A stretch of DNA of 64,000 nt from Hyalangium minutum (GTDB lineage: Bacteria; Myxococcota; Myxococcia; Myxococcales; Myxococcaceae). Below, piece after piece: positions 48,175 through 59,100 of this stretch. The notes beneath the pieces are model-generated. The model was not told the DNA's origin. It was given only the letters and a program-made list of their open reading frames with translations, and made no database searches. The DNA lies in contig NZ_JMCB01000001.1 in the NCBI RefSeq assembly GCF_000737315.1, positions 496,001-560,000 of the forward strand. Reading direction: 5' to 3'. Made by a program: the position numbers and the translations under genes. Position 1 is the stretch's first letter; each line of letters starts with the position of its first letter.

Positions 48175-49719
48175 ATGTCCACGATGGCCGGCCGCCTTGT
48201 GGACATCTCCCCTGCTCTCTCCGTGAGCCCTCGTCGCTGGGGACTCGTGGTGGGATGGCTCCTGCTGGTGGGGCTGCTGCTGCCCGGTCTCGCTACCGCC
48301 GAGGCGTCAAACAGCCCCTCAGGCCAGCCGGGCGCCTCCCCAGGTGGAGCCCTGGCCCGAATCCAGACTGCAGGCGTGCTGCGGGTGGCCATTGACGCCA
48401 CCTACCCGCCCATGGAGTTCCTGGAGAAGGGCCAGCCCGTGGGCTTCGACGTCGATCTCGCCCGGGAGATTGCTCGCCGGCTCGGCGTCACCGCCGAGTT
48501 CGTCGTCATGGACTGGGACGGCATCCTCGCCGGGCTCACCTCGGGCCGATACGACATCATCCTGTCGTCCATGAACATCACCCCCGCGCGCGAGCAGCAG
48601 GTGGACTTCGTCGAGTACGCGCGCATGTCCCAGGTCTTTGTCACAACTCGGAACCGCAACATCCGCACCGAGGAGGAGCTCGCGGGCCAGCGCGTCGCCG
48701 TCCAGACGAACACCACCTCACAGCGGTGGGTGCAGCAGCTTCAGCAGCGCGGCGTGGCTGTCCAGGCGATCCGCCCCTTCCCCGGCGCCACCGAGTGCTT
48801 CGCCGCCGTGAAGTCCGGCCAGGCGGACGTCATCGTCATCGACGAGCCCGTGGGCCGCTTCTTCGCGCGACGGGATGACACCTTCGTCATCACCGGCCAG
48901 GCGCTCGAGCCCGAACCGATCGGCATCGCCATCAACAAGCAGGACGCCGATCTCACCGCCGCCATCGCCCGGGCCTTCGAGGACATCCGAAACAGTGGAA
49001 CCCTGAAGCGCCTCTCCGAGCACTGGTTTGGCGGCGAGCTGGGGCAGGCGGTGAAGCCCCAGGGCTTCTGGGTCTTCTCCCGCGAGACGGTGCTGCCCCG
49101 TGTGCTCCAGGGGCTCGGGGTGACGCTGCAGCTCACGCTGGGCTCTGGGGCGCTCGGCATCACGCTGGGGCTGCTCCTGTCGCTGGCGCGCATCTCCCGC
49201 CGCCGTCCCATCCGAGGCGTGGCTCTGGCCTACATCACCCTGTTCCGGGGCACGCCGCTGCTGCTCCAGCTCCTCTTCATCTTCTTCGCGCTGCCGCTGA
49301 TGTTGGGCGTGCGGCTGGGCCCCATGGCTGCTGGGCTCACGGCGCTGTCGCTCAACGCCGCCGCCTACATCGCGGAGATCTTCCGCGCCGCCATCGAGTC
49401 CATCGACAAGGGACAGATGGAGGCGGCGCGGGCGCTCGGCATGAGCCACGAGCTGGCCATGCGCCGGGTCATCCTTCCGCAGACATTCCGCCGCATCATC
49501 CCTCCGCTCGTCAATGAGCTGGCCGCGCTGTCCAAGGACACCTCGCTCGTCATGGTCATCGCGCTGCCGGAGATGCTCTACGAGACGAAGCAGCTCGCGG
49601 GCACGTACCTGCGCCCCGAGGTGTACGCGTGGGCGGCCATCGGCTACCTGATCATCGTCGTCGCGCTGTCCGCGCTGGCCCAGCGGCTGGAGCGGCGGCT
49701 GGAGGCGCGAGGCACATGA
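48175..49719 (+). CDS. Polar amino acid ABC transporter, fused substrate-binding domain + permease
   Basis: YPPMEF...[11 protein letters not shown] (SBP family 3); FRGTPLL and [11 protein letters not shown]...[10 protein letters not shown] (permease). Start uncertain. Confidence 0.9.
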   Translation: MSTMAGRLVDISPALSVSPRRWGLVVGWLLLVGLLLPGLATAEASNSPSGQPGASPGGALARIQTAGVLRVAIDATYPPMEFLEKGQPVGFDVDLAREIARRLGVTAEFVVMDWDGILAGLTSGRYDIILSSMNITPAREQQVDFVEYARMSQVFVTTRNRNIRTEEELAGQRVAVQTNTTSQRWVQQLQQRGVAVQAIRPFPGATECFAAVKSGQADVIVIDEPVGRFFARRDDTFVITGQALEPEPIGIAINKQDADLTAAIARAFEDIRNSGTLKRLSEHWFGGELGQAVKPQGFWVFSRETVLPRVLQGLGVTLQLTLGSGALGITLGLLLSLARISRRRPIRGVALAYITLFRGTPLLLQLLFIFFALPLMLGVRLGPMAAGLTALSLNAAAYIAEIFRAAIESIDKGQMEAARALGMSHELAMRRVILPQTFRRIIPPLVNELAALSKDTSLVMVIALPEMLYETKQLAGTYLRPEVYAWAAIGYLIIVVALSALAQRLERRLEARGT

Positions 49720-50495
49720 GCGGGCCCATCATCCGAGTCGAGGGCCTGCGCAAGTCCTTCGGCGAGCGCGAGGTGCTCCGGGGCATCGACCTGGAGGTGG
49801 CCAAGGGCGAGGTCGTCGTCGTCATCGGGCCCAGCGGCTGTGGCAAGTCCACGCTCCTGCGCTGCCTCAACTACCTGGAGGAGCCCACGCAGGGGCGCAT
49901 CTGGCTCCGGGGCGAGCTGCTCGGACGACAGGACCGGGACGGCCGGCTCGTGCCCCGCCCCGAGGCCGAAGTGGATCGGCAACGGACGCACATCGGCATG
50001 GTCTTCCAGCGCTTCAACCTGTTCCCGCACATGACGGCGCTGGGCAACGTCATCGAGGCCCCTCTGCGAGTGAAGCGGATACCCCGGGACAAGGCCGAGG
50101 CGCTCGGGCTGCGGCTGCTGGAGCGCGTGGGGCTGTTGGATCGGAAGGACGAGTACCCAGCCCGGCTCTCGGGAGGCCAGCAACAGCGCGTGGCCATTGC
50201 GCGCGCCCTGGCCATGGAGCCGGAGGTGATGCTCTTCGACGAGGCCACCTCGGCGCTGGACCCGGAGCTGGCGGACGAGGTGCTCCAGGTGATGCAGGGC
50301 CTGGCGCGCGAGGGCATGACGATGCTCGTCGTCACGCACGAGATGGGCTTTGCCCGGGAGGTGGCTCACCGCGTCGTCGTCCTGGACGCGGGCACGGTGC
50401 TGGAGCAAGGCCCACCGTCGGTCATCTTCTCCCAGCCGTCCCAGCCGAGGACCCGCGAGTTCCTCCACAAGGTGCTTCACCTCCGTCCAGAATAG
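49716..50495 (+). CDS. Amino acid ABC transporter ATP-binding protein (GlnQ-like)
   Basis: [34 protein letters not shown] and VTHEM; ATGA overlap. Confidence 0.94.
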   Translation: MSGPIIRVEGLRKSFGEREVLRGIDLEVAKGEVVVVIGPSGCGKSTLLRCLNYLEEPTQGRIWLRGELLGRQDRDGRLVPRPEAEVDRQRTHIGMVFQRFNLFPHMTALGNVIEAPLRVKRIPRDKAEALGLRLLERVGLLDRKDEYPARLSGGQQQRVAIARALAMEPEVMLFDEATSALDPELADEVLQVMQGLAREGMTMLVVTHEMGFAREVAHRVVVLDAGTVLEQGPPSVIFSQPSQPRTREFLHKVLHLRPE

Positions 50496-50541
50496 AGTCC
50501 CCGCGCCATTCCCCAGGGGCCCTCATTCCCGCGTGCTGCGA

Positions 50542-50991
50542 TCAGGTCGAGCGCCGCCACACCGCGAGCGTCTGAAGGACCACCGTATAAAGGATGAACA
50601 GCGCCCCCACGGGCGCCAGGAAGACGCCGATGGACGGATCTCCCTCGAGGTGGCCAATGCCCCCGAGCAGGAACCCCAGCGGCATCACGACGCTGCCCGC
50701 CCTCAACATCCGCGAGGAACTCGAGCGGCGGCCCTCGCTGAGCGCCGGAGCGTCCGCCCACGGCACATAGATGAGGTTCAGCAATCCGAACGCCGCGCCG
50801 TGAAAGTGGGCCAGGGACCAGAGCCGCTGCATCCACGCGTCCCGCACGAGCGGAGCCCAGCGGAAGGCCTCGAGCGCCTCCATCACCGTCCCGAACACCA
50901 GCGAGACGAGCAGCAGCGTCCACCCGAACCGGGCATGCACGCGGGCGCGGCCCTGAGCCGCGGGAGCCTCCGTCTTGTTCTGGGTCGTCAC
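50542..50991 (-). CDS. Small integral membrane protein with a His-containing motif
   Basis: Four hydrophobic segments; SLAHFHG; start abuts the cytochrome stop. Confidence 0.75.
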   Translation of the reverse strand: MTTQNKTEAPAAQGRARVHARFGWTLLLVSLVFGTVMEALEAFRWAPLVRDAWMQRLWSLAHFHGAAFGLLNLIYVPWADAPALSEGRRSSSSRMLRAGSVVMPLGFLLGGIGHLEGDPSIGVFLAPVGALFILYTVVLQTLAVWRRST

Positions 50992-50992
50992 G

Positions 50993-52846
50993 TCACTCGC
51001 CTATCTGGATGGGAGGTTGCGCCGCGCGCTTCCGCAAGAGCTGCTCGACCGTAGCGGGCAGAGGCTCGAGCGCGGCATCCAGCGGCACCGCCGGGTCCGG
51101 GCGGGGAATATCACCCTTGTCCAGCGCCGCCCACCACTGCCGCCAGCTGCGCACCACCTGCTGGCGCTCCTCGGGCGTGGCCTGGGGCGCGAAGCGCGGC
51201 AGCTGCGCCGCCGAGGTGGCCACCGCGGGCTTCACCTCTCCCGCCCGTCCCACCAGCGTCTCCAGCGAGAGCCACGACATCCGCCGGATGGACGCATAGT
51301 CATCCTCCATCCCCTGCAAGAGGAAGGGCACGGCCCACAGCCGGGCCAGCGGCGAGCCCGTGGCGCTGCGCTTCTCGCCCAACGCCGTCGCCGCCACCGC
51401 GCGCTGCACCACGTCCCCAGACAGGAGCGTCCTCACGCTCTCGGCCACCTCGAACGAAGAGTCCGTGGGCAGCTCCGGAGCCGGCTGCCCCTGCTGCTGC
51501 TTCAGGTTCTGCGCCGCCCACTTCACGCTCCGGTCCGTGTGGCAGAGCGTGCACGCTTCCGGCATCTCGTGGCGCCAAGCCCGCGAGGGATCCGGCACCT
51601 GGATCCGGTGCGTGGGGTGGATGCGCATGATGCCGTACGCCATCTTCGGCATGTGGCAGGCGTAGCAGTCCGTGCCGGTGGAGCCCTCGCGGTGCCGGCT
51701 GTGCTCGGCAGCCTTGGCCACGATGGACGGGTGGCACTCCTGGCACGCCGCGGGCCCGCGCTTCTCCTCGGTGATCATCCCCTTCGGGTCTCCACCGTGC
51801 ATGCTGTGGCAGTGCTGGCACGTCAGCCCGCCCTTCTGGAAGTCCTTGGACATCAGCAGGCCCTGGTACTCGTAGGCCGTGAGGCGCGGCGTCCCATCGC
51901 CCCAGAAGCGCAGCGCCACGTCCACGCCCTCCAGGTGGCTCTCCTTATAGAGAGGGCGCGTGTAGCTCGAGAGGTTGTCCCCCGCCGTGTACGGGTCTCC
52001 CTGGGAGAGGAACTCGCGGATGCGCTCCACCGGAGACGGCATGCGCTGGCCGTGGCAGTGGCCGCAGACCTGGATGCGCTGCAGCGGCTCCAGCCGCGCC
52101 GGGTTGACGATCGACGGATCCACCTTGCCCGAGTAGTGCAGGTAGTAGCGCCGCACCGGAAACGCGTTGCGGGACACATGTGTCTCGCCCGGTCCGTGGC
52201 AGGCCTCGCAGGCAATACCGAGCTCCGCCACGTGGCTGTCGAACTGCTTGCGCTGCCAGTCGTAGCCTGGGCGCGCCTTCACGTTGTGACAGAAAATGCA
52301 GTTGGCGTTCCACAGCGCCCGGTGCGCGTTGAAGTCCGTGCCATCCGGATCCAGAAAACCGCCCGCCAGGTGGAACCAGCGCCGTGCCTCGATGTCCCAC
52401 GCCACCGGCAGGCGCATGTAGCGGTCCGCCTCGCGCACCAGGTACTGCTGCACACGCCGCGAGCCCACCGTGCGCGCCACCTCCTGGCGGCGCAGGCGGC
52501 CCTCGCCGTCCAGCGTCTCGATGACGTAGCGCTCCCCGTCTCGGAAGAACCGGGACGTCACCCCCGCGTACGTGAAGCTCACCCCGCTGAAGTCGCCCTG
52601 CACCGCCTCGGACGTGGCCTCTTGTGTCATCGTCCGGTGGAACGTGCGGCGCCAGCTCTCGTAGTGGTCCGGATGGCACGGCCGGCACGACGCGGAGCCC
52701 GAGTACGGCACGGGGCTCAGCTCCACCGGCGTGCGCACCTCTGCGGCGGTGGCGAGCAGCGCGAGGCCGGCCACCAGGGCCACGACCCCGAGCCCAACGC
52801 CCCACACCACGTAGGGGCTGCGCAGGCGCTCGCCAACGGACTTCAT
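50993..52846 (-). CDS. Octaheme c-type cytochrome with N-terminal anchor and HEAT-like C-terminus
   Basis: Eight CxxCH motifs: CRPCH, CIFCH, CEACH, CGHCH, CQHCH, CQECH, CYACH, CTLCH. Confidence 0.9.
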   Translation of the reverse strand: MKSVGERLRSPYVVWGVGLGVVALVAGLALLATAAEVRTPVELSPVPYSGSASCRPCHPDHYESWRRTFHRTMTQEATSEAVQGDFSGVSFTYAGVTSRFFRDGERYVIETLDGEGRLRRQEVARTVGSRRVQQYLVREADRYMRLPVAWDIEARRWFHLAGGFLDPDGTDFNAHRALWNANCIFCHNVKARPGYDWQRKQFDSHVAELGIACEACHGPGETHVSRNAFPVRRYYLHYSGKVDPSIVNPARLEPLQRIQVCGHCHGQRMPSPVERIREFLSQGDPYTAGDNLSSYTRPLYKESHLEGVDVALRFWGDGTPRLTAYEYQGLLMSKDFQKGGLTCQHCHSMHGGDPKGMITEEKRGPAACQECHPSIVAKAAEHSRHREGSTGTDCYACHMPKMAYGIMRIHPTHRIQVPDPSRAWRHEMPEACTLCHTDRSVKWAAQNLKQQQGQPAPELPTDSSFEVAESVRTLLSGDVVQRAVAATALGEKRSATGSPLARLWAVPFLLQGMEDDYASIRRMSWLSLETLVGRAGEVKPAVATSAAQLPRFAPQATPEERQQVVRSWRQWWAALDKGDIPRPDPAVPLDAALEPLPATVEQLLRKRAAQPPIQIGE

Positions 52847-52991
52847 GCGCCGATGATTAGGCGCTCCACCCGGGCCGAGTCGATCTCTCTGTGCTCCACC
52901 CTGCCCGCCCGGCTGCTGCCCTGCCCGTGAAAAACCCTGTGACAAGCGGTTTTTCCCCAAATTCTCATGAGCTCAAAGAATTGTTGACGGT

Positions 52992-53019
52992 TTGAAATTT
53001 CCTTTCTCACGGTGATAAT
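52992..53019 (+). promoter_or_regulatory. Possible sigma-70-type promoter in an AT-rich divergent intergenic region
   Basis: TTGAAA-N16-GATAAT, about 88 nt upstream of ATG 53107. Confidence 0.35.
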
Positions 53020-53106
53020 TGCGCAACATTGCAGTGGGACCGGATCCGCATCGAGCGCGTGCGGAAACCGCGGATCGCAGCGCTCGCGAGTCGGGGCCAA
53101 GACCAT

Positions 53107-56100
53107 ATGAACCATCCAGTAAGCCGGCTGCCCGGAACAGGGCTGCGAGCCAGGAGCACCCGCGTGCTCGGGCTGGTCGGAATGCTTTCGCTGTTGGGCT
53201 GTGAGGGCTCGGGGAACACGTCCGAGCCGCAGTCCGAGAGCGTCAGTGCGGAGCAGCTCACGCACAAGGTGCAGCTCACCGCGAAGCAGGCGCAGGAGCT
53301 GCGGGAGCGCGGCGCCGCCGTTCACGAGATCGCTGACTACGGTGCATTCAAGCTGGTGCAGGTGGATGACAAGGCGCTGGCCTCGCTGCCCGAGGGCGCC
53401 GAGCTCCGCGACGACTACAACGACATCCTGCTGAACGCGGGCACCATCGACACCGCGTCCGAGCACGGTCAGGGGCTGCGCGGCGTCAAGCAGCAGGCCG
53501 CCACGGGCAAGCGCTTCCACCTGGTGCAGTTTGCCGGCCCCATCCAGCCCGAGTGGTACCAGCAGCTGGAGGCCACGGGCGCGCGGATCGTCTCGTACAT
53601 CCCGAACAACGCCTACCTCGTGTACGGCAGCGCCCCCTCGCTCAACTCCCTGCAGGGTCTGTCCGACAAGGCGAAGATCGTCCAGTGGAACGGCGAGTAC
53701 CTGAACGACTACAAGCTCCACCGCAACGTCCAGACGTCCACCTCGGAGACGTTCGAGGTGCAGCTCATCAAGGATGAGGAGGCCAACGAGGAGACGCTGG
53801 AGCTCATCCGCCGCCTGCAGTCCCAGAGCGGGACGATCCAGGAGGCCCTCGGCTACGTGAACGTGCACACGTACCTGAAGGTGAACGATCTCTACCAGAT
53901 CGCCACTCGCCCGGACGTGCTGTCCATTCAGCCGCGCCCCATGCCGCGCAAGTTCGACGAGCGGCAGAACATGATCATCTCCGGCAACCTCACCGGCACG
54001 CAGCCCAACGGGCCGACGTGGCTGGCGTGGTTGGCCTCCAAGGGCTTCACCCAGGCGCAGTTCACCGCATCCGGCTTTGGCGTGGACGTGACGGACAGCG
54101 GCGTGGACAACGCCAACCCGGCGGCGCCCAACCACTTCGGGCTCTACACGAGCGGCATCGTCACCAGCCCAAGCCGCCTGATGTACGCGCGCCTCGAGGG
54201 CACGGCCAACACGGGCAGCACCATCCAGGGCTGCGACGGCCACGGCAACCTGAACACGCACATCATCGGCGGCTACTCCAACCTCACGGGTGCGCCGTTC
54301 GAGGACTCGGCGGGCTTCAACTACGGCGTGGGCGTGGCACCCTTCGTGAAGTTCGGCTCGTCCGTCATCTTCGACCCGGGCACCTTCACCAACCCCAACT
54401 ACGAGAACCTGCAGTCCCGCGCGTACCGCGACGGCATGCGCATCAGCTCCAACAGCTGGGGCGCCAGCACCAGCGCTTACACCACGGACGCGCAGCGCTA
54501 TGACGCGCTGGTGCGTGACGCGCAGCCGGCCACCTCGGCCGTGCCTGCCGCGGGCAACCAGGAGATGGTCATCGTCTTCGCGGCCGGTAACGACGGCTCC
54601 ACCGCGGGCTCGGTGGGCAGCCCCGGCACCGCGAAGAACGTCATCACCGCGGGCGCTTCCGAGAACGTGCAGGCCTTTGGCGGCGCGGACCAGTGCGGCA
54701 CGACGGATGCCGAGGCCAACAGCGCCATGGACATCGTCGCCTTCTCCAGCCGCGGTCCCACGGCGGATGGCCGCAAGAAGCCGGACCTGATGGCGCCGGG
54801 CACGCACGTGTCTGGTGGCGTGGCCCAGGCGGCGCTCTCCGCCAACCCGCCAACGGGCAACGGTGGCGCGCTCAGCTGCTTCAACGCCACGGGCGTGTGC
54901 GCGGGCCCCAACTCCAGCAACTTCTTCCCGGTGGGCCAACAGTGGTACACGGCCTCCTCGGGTACCTCGCACTCCACGCCGGCCATCGCTGGCGGCGCGG
55001 CCTTGGTGCGCCAGTACTTCATCAACCAGGGAATGGCCCCGCCGAGCGCGGCGATGACGAAGGCCTTCCTGATGAACTCGGCCCGCTACATGACGGGCAC
55101 CAGCGCCAATGACACCCTGTGGTCCAACAACCAGGGCATGGGCCTGATGGACCTGGGCATGGGGTTCGACGGCGTGCCCCGCCTGCTGGACGACCAGAGC
55201 GCGGCCAACCTCTTCACCGCCACGGGCCAGACGCGCACCTTTAATGGCGTCATCGCGGACACCACCAAGCCGTTCCGCGTCACCCTGGCGTGGACGGACG
55301 CGCCGGGCTCCACCACCGGCAGCGCGTGGAAGAACAACCTGGACCTGGTGGTGACGCTGGGCAGCAACACCTATAAGGGCAACGTCTTCACCGGGGCCAA
55401 CTCGGTGACGGGCGGCTCGGCGGACGCCTCCAACAACGTGGAGAGTGTGTTCCTGCCCGCGGGCACCTCCGGTCCCTTCACCGTGACGGTGACGGCGACG
55501 AACATCAACTCGGACGGCGTGCCGAACAACGCCTCCTCGCTGGACCAGGACTTCGCCCTCATTGCCTACAACACGTGCCAGACCGCGCCTCCGTCGCTCT
55601 CGGACGTGGCGGCCACGGCCACGGCGGACAACAGCGTCACCGTGACGTGGACGGGCAACGGCGCGGACTCCTACAACGTCTATCGCGCCACCACGGCGGG
55701 CGGCCCGTACACGCGCCTGAACACCGCGCCGGTGACGGGCACCAGCTTCGTGGACAACAACGTCTCGGGCACCATCACCTACTATTACGTGGTGCGCGGC
55801 GTGCTGTGCGCCGAGGCCCCCAACTCCAACGAGGCCTCCGTCACGGCGACGGGCACGTGCGCCCTGCCGCCCACCTTCACGGGCGCCACCAACGCGACGA
55901 GCGCCGGCACTTCGACGTGCGCCAACACCGTGGCCTGGGCCGCGGCCACGCCCACCTGCGGCGGCTCGCTGACCTACTCGGTCTACCGCAGCACCACCTC
56001 GGGCTTCACTCCGTCCGGCGCCAACCGTATCGCCACGGGCGTCACGGGCAGCAGCTACGCGGACGACCAGGGCGTCGTCGCCGGGACGCGGTACTACTAC

Positions 56101-59100
56101 GTGGTCCGCGCCACGGAGACAGGCGGGGCCACCGTGGAGGAGACGAACACCGTGGAGCGCTCGGCCCTGGGCTCGGGCTCGGCGTCGGTGGGCGTCCGCT
56201 TCTTCGACGACTTCGACGGCAACCGCCCGGCCAACGCAGCCGCCTACTACCTCACCTCGGGAACGGCGGGCACGTTCAACCTCACCACGGGCTGCCACTG
56301 GCAGTCTTCCAACAAGTCGTACCGCTTCGGCGCGGCAGCCACCACGTGCGGCGGCACCTATGGCACCAGCGTCCAGTCGGTGCTGTCGCTGGGCGGCAAC
56401 GGCTCCACGGCCGGCATCAACGGCTTCGCCATCCCGTCCACGGCGACCGGCGCGCAGATGACGTTCAACGTCTGGTACCAGCTCGAGGCGAGCTACGACG
56501 GCGTCTGGCTGGCCTACAGCACCACGGGTGCGACCGGTCCCTGGACCGCCGTGGGTGAGACGTCGAGCACCACGGCGCCGTACATCACCGCCACCAGCTA
56601 CGACGGCACGATCGGCGGAGTGACCAACCGGGTCTGGACGACCCAGACCGCGGGCGCGGCTGCCAATGGGGCGCTGAAGGCCGTCACCGTGAACCTGAAC
56701 CCGCTGGCGGGACGGACGGTGTGGTTCGCGTTCCAGACCTACACGGACACCTCCGTCGTCTACGAGGGCTTCTACGTGGACGACATCCGCATCAACGCGG
56801 AAGGGTACACCGCCTGCACCACCAACACGCCTCCCGCAGGTCCGGCCGCGTCGTACACGGTGACGGGTCTGCCGACCACGGTGGCGGCGGGTACGCAGAC
56901 CACATTCACCCTCACGGCCAAGGACTCGCTGGGCCAGACGGCCACCGGCTACACCGGCTCGGCGATCTTCACCAGCTCGGACACGCAGGCGGTGCTGCCG
57001 GCCTCGGTGAGCTTCACCGCAGGCGTGGCCACCAACGTCCCCGTCACCTTCAAGACGGCGGGCACCCGGACCCTCACCGCGAAGGACTCGGCCGCCCCGG
57101 CCATCACCGGCAGCGGGAGCACCTCGGTCACCGCAGGCACGGCGGCGAGCCTGGCCTTCACGGCCCAGCCCTCCAACACCGTGGCGGGCGCCTCCATCAC
57201 CCCGGCGGTGAAGGTGAGCCTGGCGGATGCGTACGGCAACCCGATCACCTCGGGCACCAACAGCGTGACGATCGCGCTGGGCAACAACCCGGGCGGTGGC
57301 ACGCTGAGCGGCACCACCACCGCGACGATGGCGGCGGGTGTGGCCACCTTCAGCAACCTGTCCATCAACAAGGCAGGCGTGGGCTACACGCTGACGGCCA
57401 GCTCGGGGACGCTCACCAGCGCCACCAGCGCCGCCTTCAACATCACCGGGGGCCCGGCGGCCAGCCTCACGTTCCTGACGCAGCCGTCCAACGGCACGGC
57501 GGGCGTACCGCTCACCCCGGCGGTGCAGGTCGCCCTGCTGGACGCGTTCGGCAACCGCGCCTCCGGCAACAACAACGTCACCGTCGCGCTGGGCACCAAC
57601 CCGACCAGCAGCCCGCTCACCGGCACCACCACGGTGGCGGCCGTCGACGGCGTGGCGACGTTCAGCGACGTGGCGCTCACCAAGGCGGGCTCGGGCTACA
57701 AGCTGGATGCCAGCTCGGGGACGCTCACAGGCGTGACGAGCACCGCGTTCGACATCGCCGCGGCGGCGCCGTACCGGGTGCTCATCACCCAGCAGCCGAG
57801 TGACATCGTCGCGGGCGGCACCCTCACCCCGGCCGTCAAGGTGGCGCTGTACGACCGCTACGGCAACGCGGCGACGCTGGCCACGACGGCGGTGTCAGTG
57901 TCGCTGGGAACCAACCCCTCGGGCGGGACGCTGAGCGGCAGCACGACGATCCCCGCGGCGGGCGGCGTGGCCACCTTCAGCAACCTGTCGGTGGACCGCG
58001 TGGGCTCCAACTACACCCTGGTGGCGGGCGCCAGCGGCCTGGTGGCGGACATGAGCGTGGGCTTCAACGTCCTCGCCGGTCCTCCGGCGGCGCTGGCCTT
58101 CACGGCCTCACCCTCGGGCAACGTCACCGCGGGCTCGGCCTTCACGGCCCGGGTGGCGGTGCGTGACGCGGGCGGCAACCTGGTAACGGGCACGCCGGTG
58201 CAGGTGACGCTGGCTCTGGGCAACGCCTCGGGCGCCACCCTGAGCGGCACCACCACGGCGACCACCGTCAACGGCGTGGCCACCTTCACGGGCCTCTCCG
58301 TCAACCAGGCGGGCGCGGGCTACTCACTGCTGGCGAACGCCTCGGGCCTGGTGTCCGCGACGTCTCCGGACTTCAACGTGGTGCCGGGTCTGGTCTCCGC
58401 GCTGGCCTTCCAGGTCCAGCCGGGCAACGCCTCGGCGGGTGCGGCCATTGCTCCCGCGGTCGAGGTGGCGCTCAAGGATGCCCAGGGCAACACGGTGACG
58501 TCGTCCAGCGCCAGCATCACGGTGTCGCTGGGCGCCAACCCGGCCGGCGGCACGTTGAGCGGCACGAGGACGATCAACGCCCTCAACGGCGTGGCCACCT
58601 TCGAGGGCCTGAGCGTAAACAAGGCCGGTACGGGCTACACGCTGAAGGCCTCTGCGGGCGCCATCAACACCCCGAGCAGCAGCTTCGACGTGGCGGCGGG
58701 TCCGGCGGCGCGGCTGAGCTTCCGCGCGGCTCCGGCCAGCGGCACGGCGGGTGCGGTGCTCGGCTCCGTCCAAGTGGAGCTGCAGGATGCGCAAGGCAAC
58801 CTGCTCACCGGCTCCACGTCGCAGGTGTCCCTGAGCCTGGGCGGTGCGACGGGCGGTACGCTGAACGGCACCACCACGGTGGCGGCGGTGGGCGGTGTGG
58901 CCACCTTCGACACGCTGGCCATCGAGCACGCGGCCACGGGCTACACGCTGACAGCCAGCACGGCGGGCGTGCCGAACCTCACCAGCGGCGCGTTCGACAT
59001 CGCTCCGGCGGCGGCGGCGCGGCTGGTCTTCACCACGCAGCCGAGCAACAGCGCGGCAGGCGCCCCCATCACCCCGGCGGTGAAGGTGGCCCTGCAGGAT

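Noticed and set aside
47943-48401. 152-aa minus-strand ORF in the intergenic region
   Set aside because: No motifs, atypical composition, and overlaps the 5' end of the ABC gene.
50993-52846. NrfA or hydroxylamine oxidoreductase assignment for the multiheme protein
   Set aside because: No CxxCK active-site heme motif and no NrfH or other recognisable partner.
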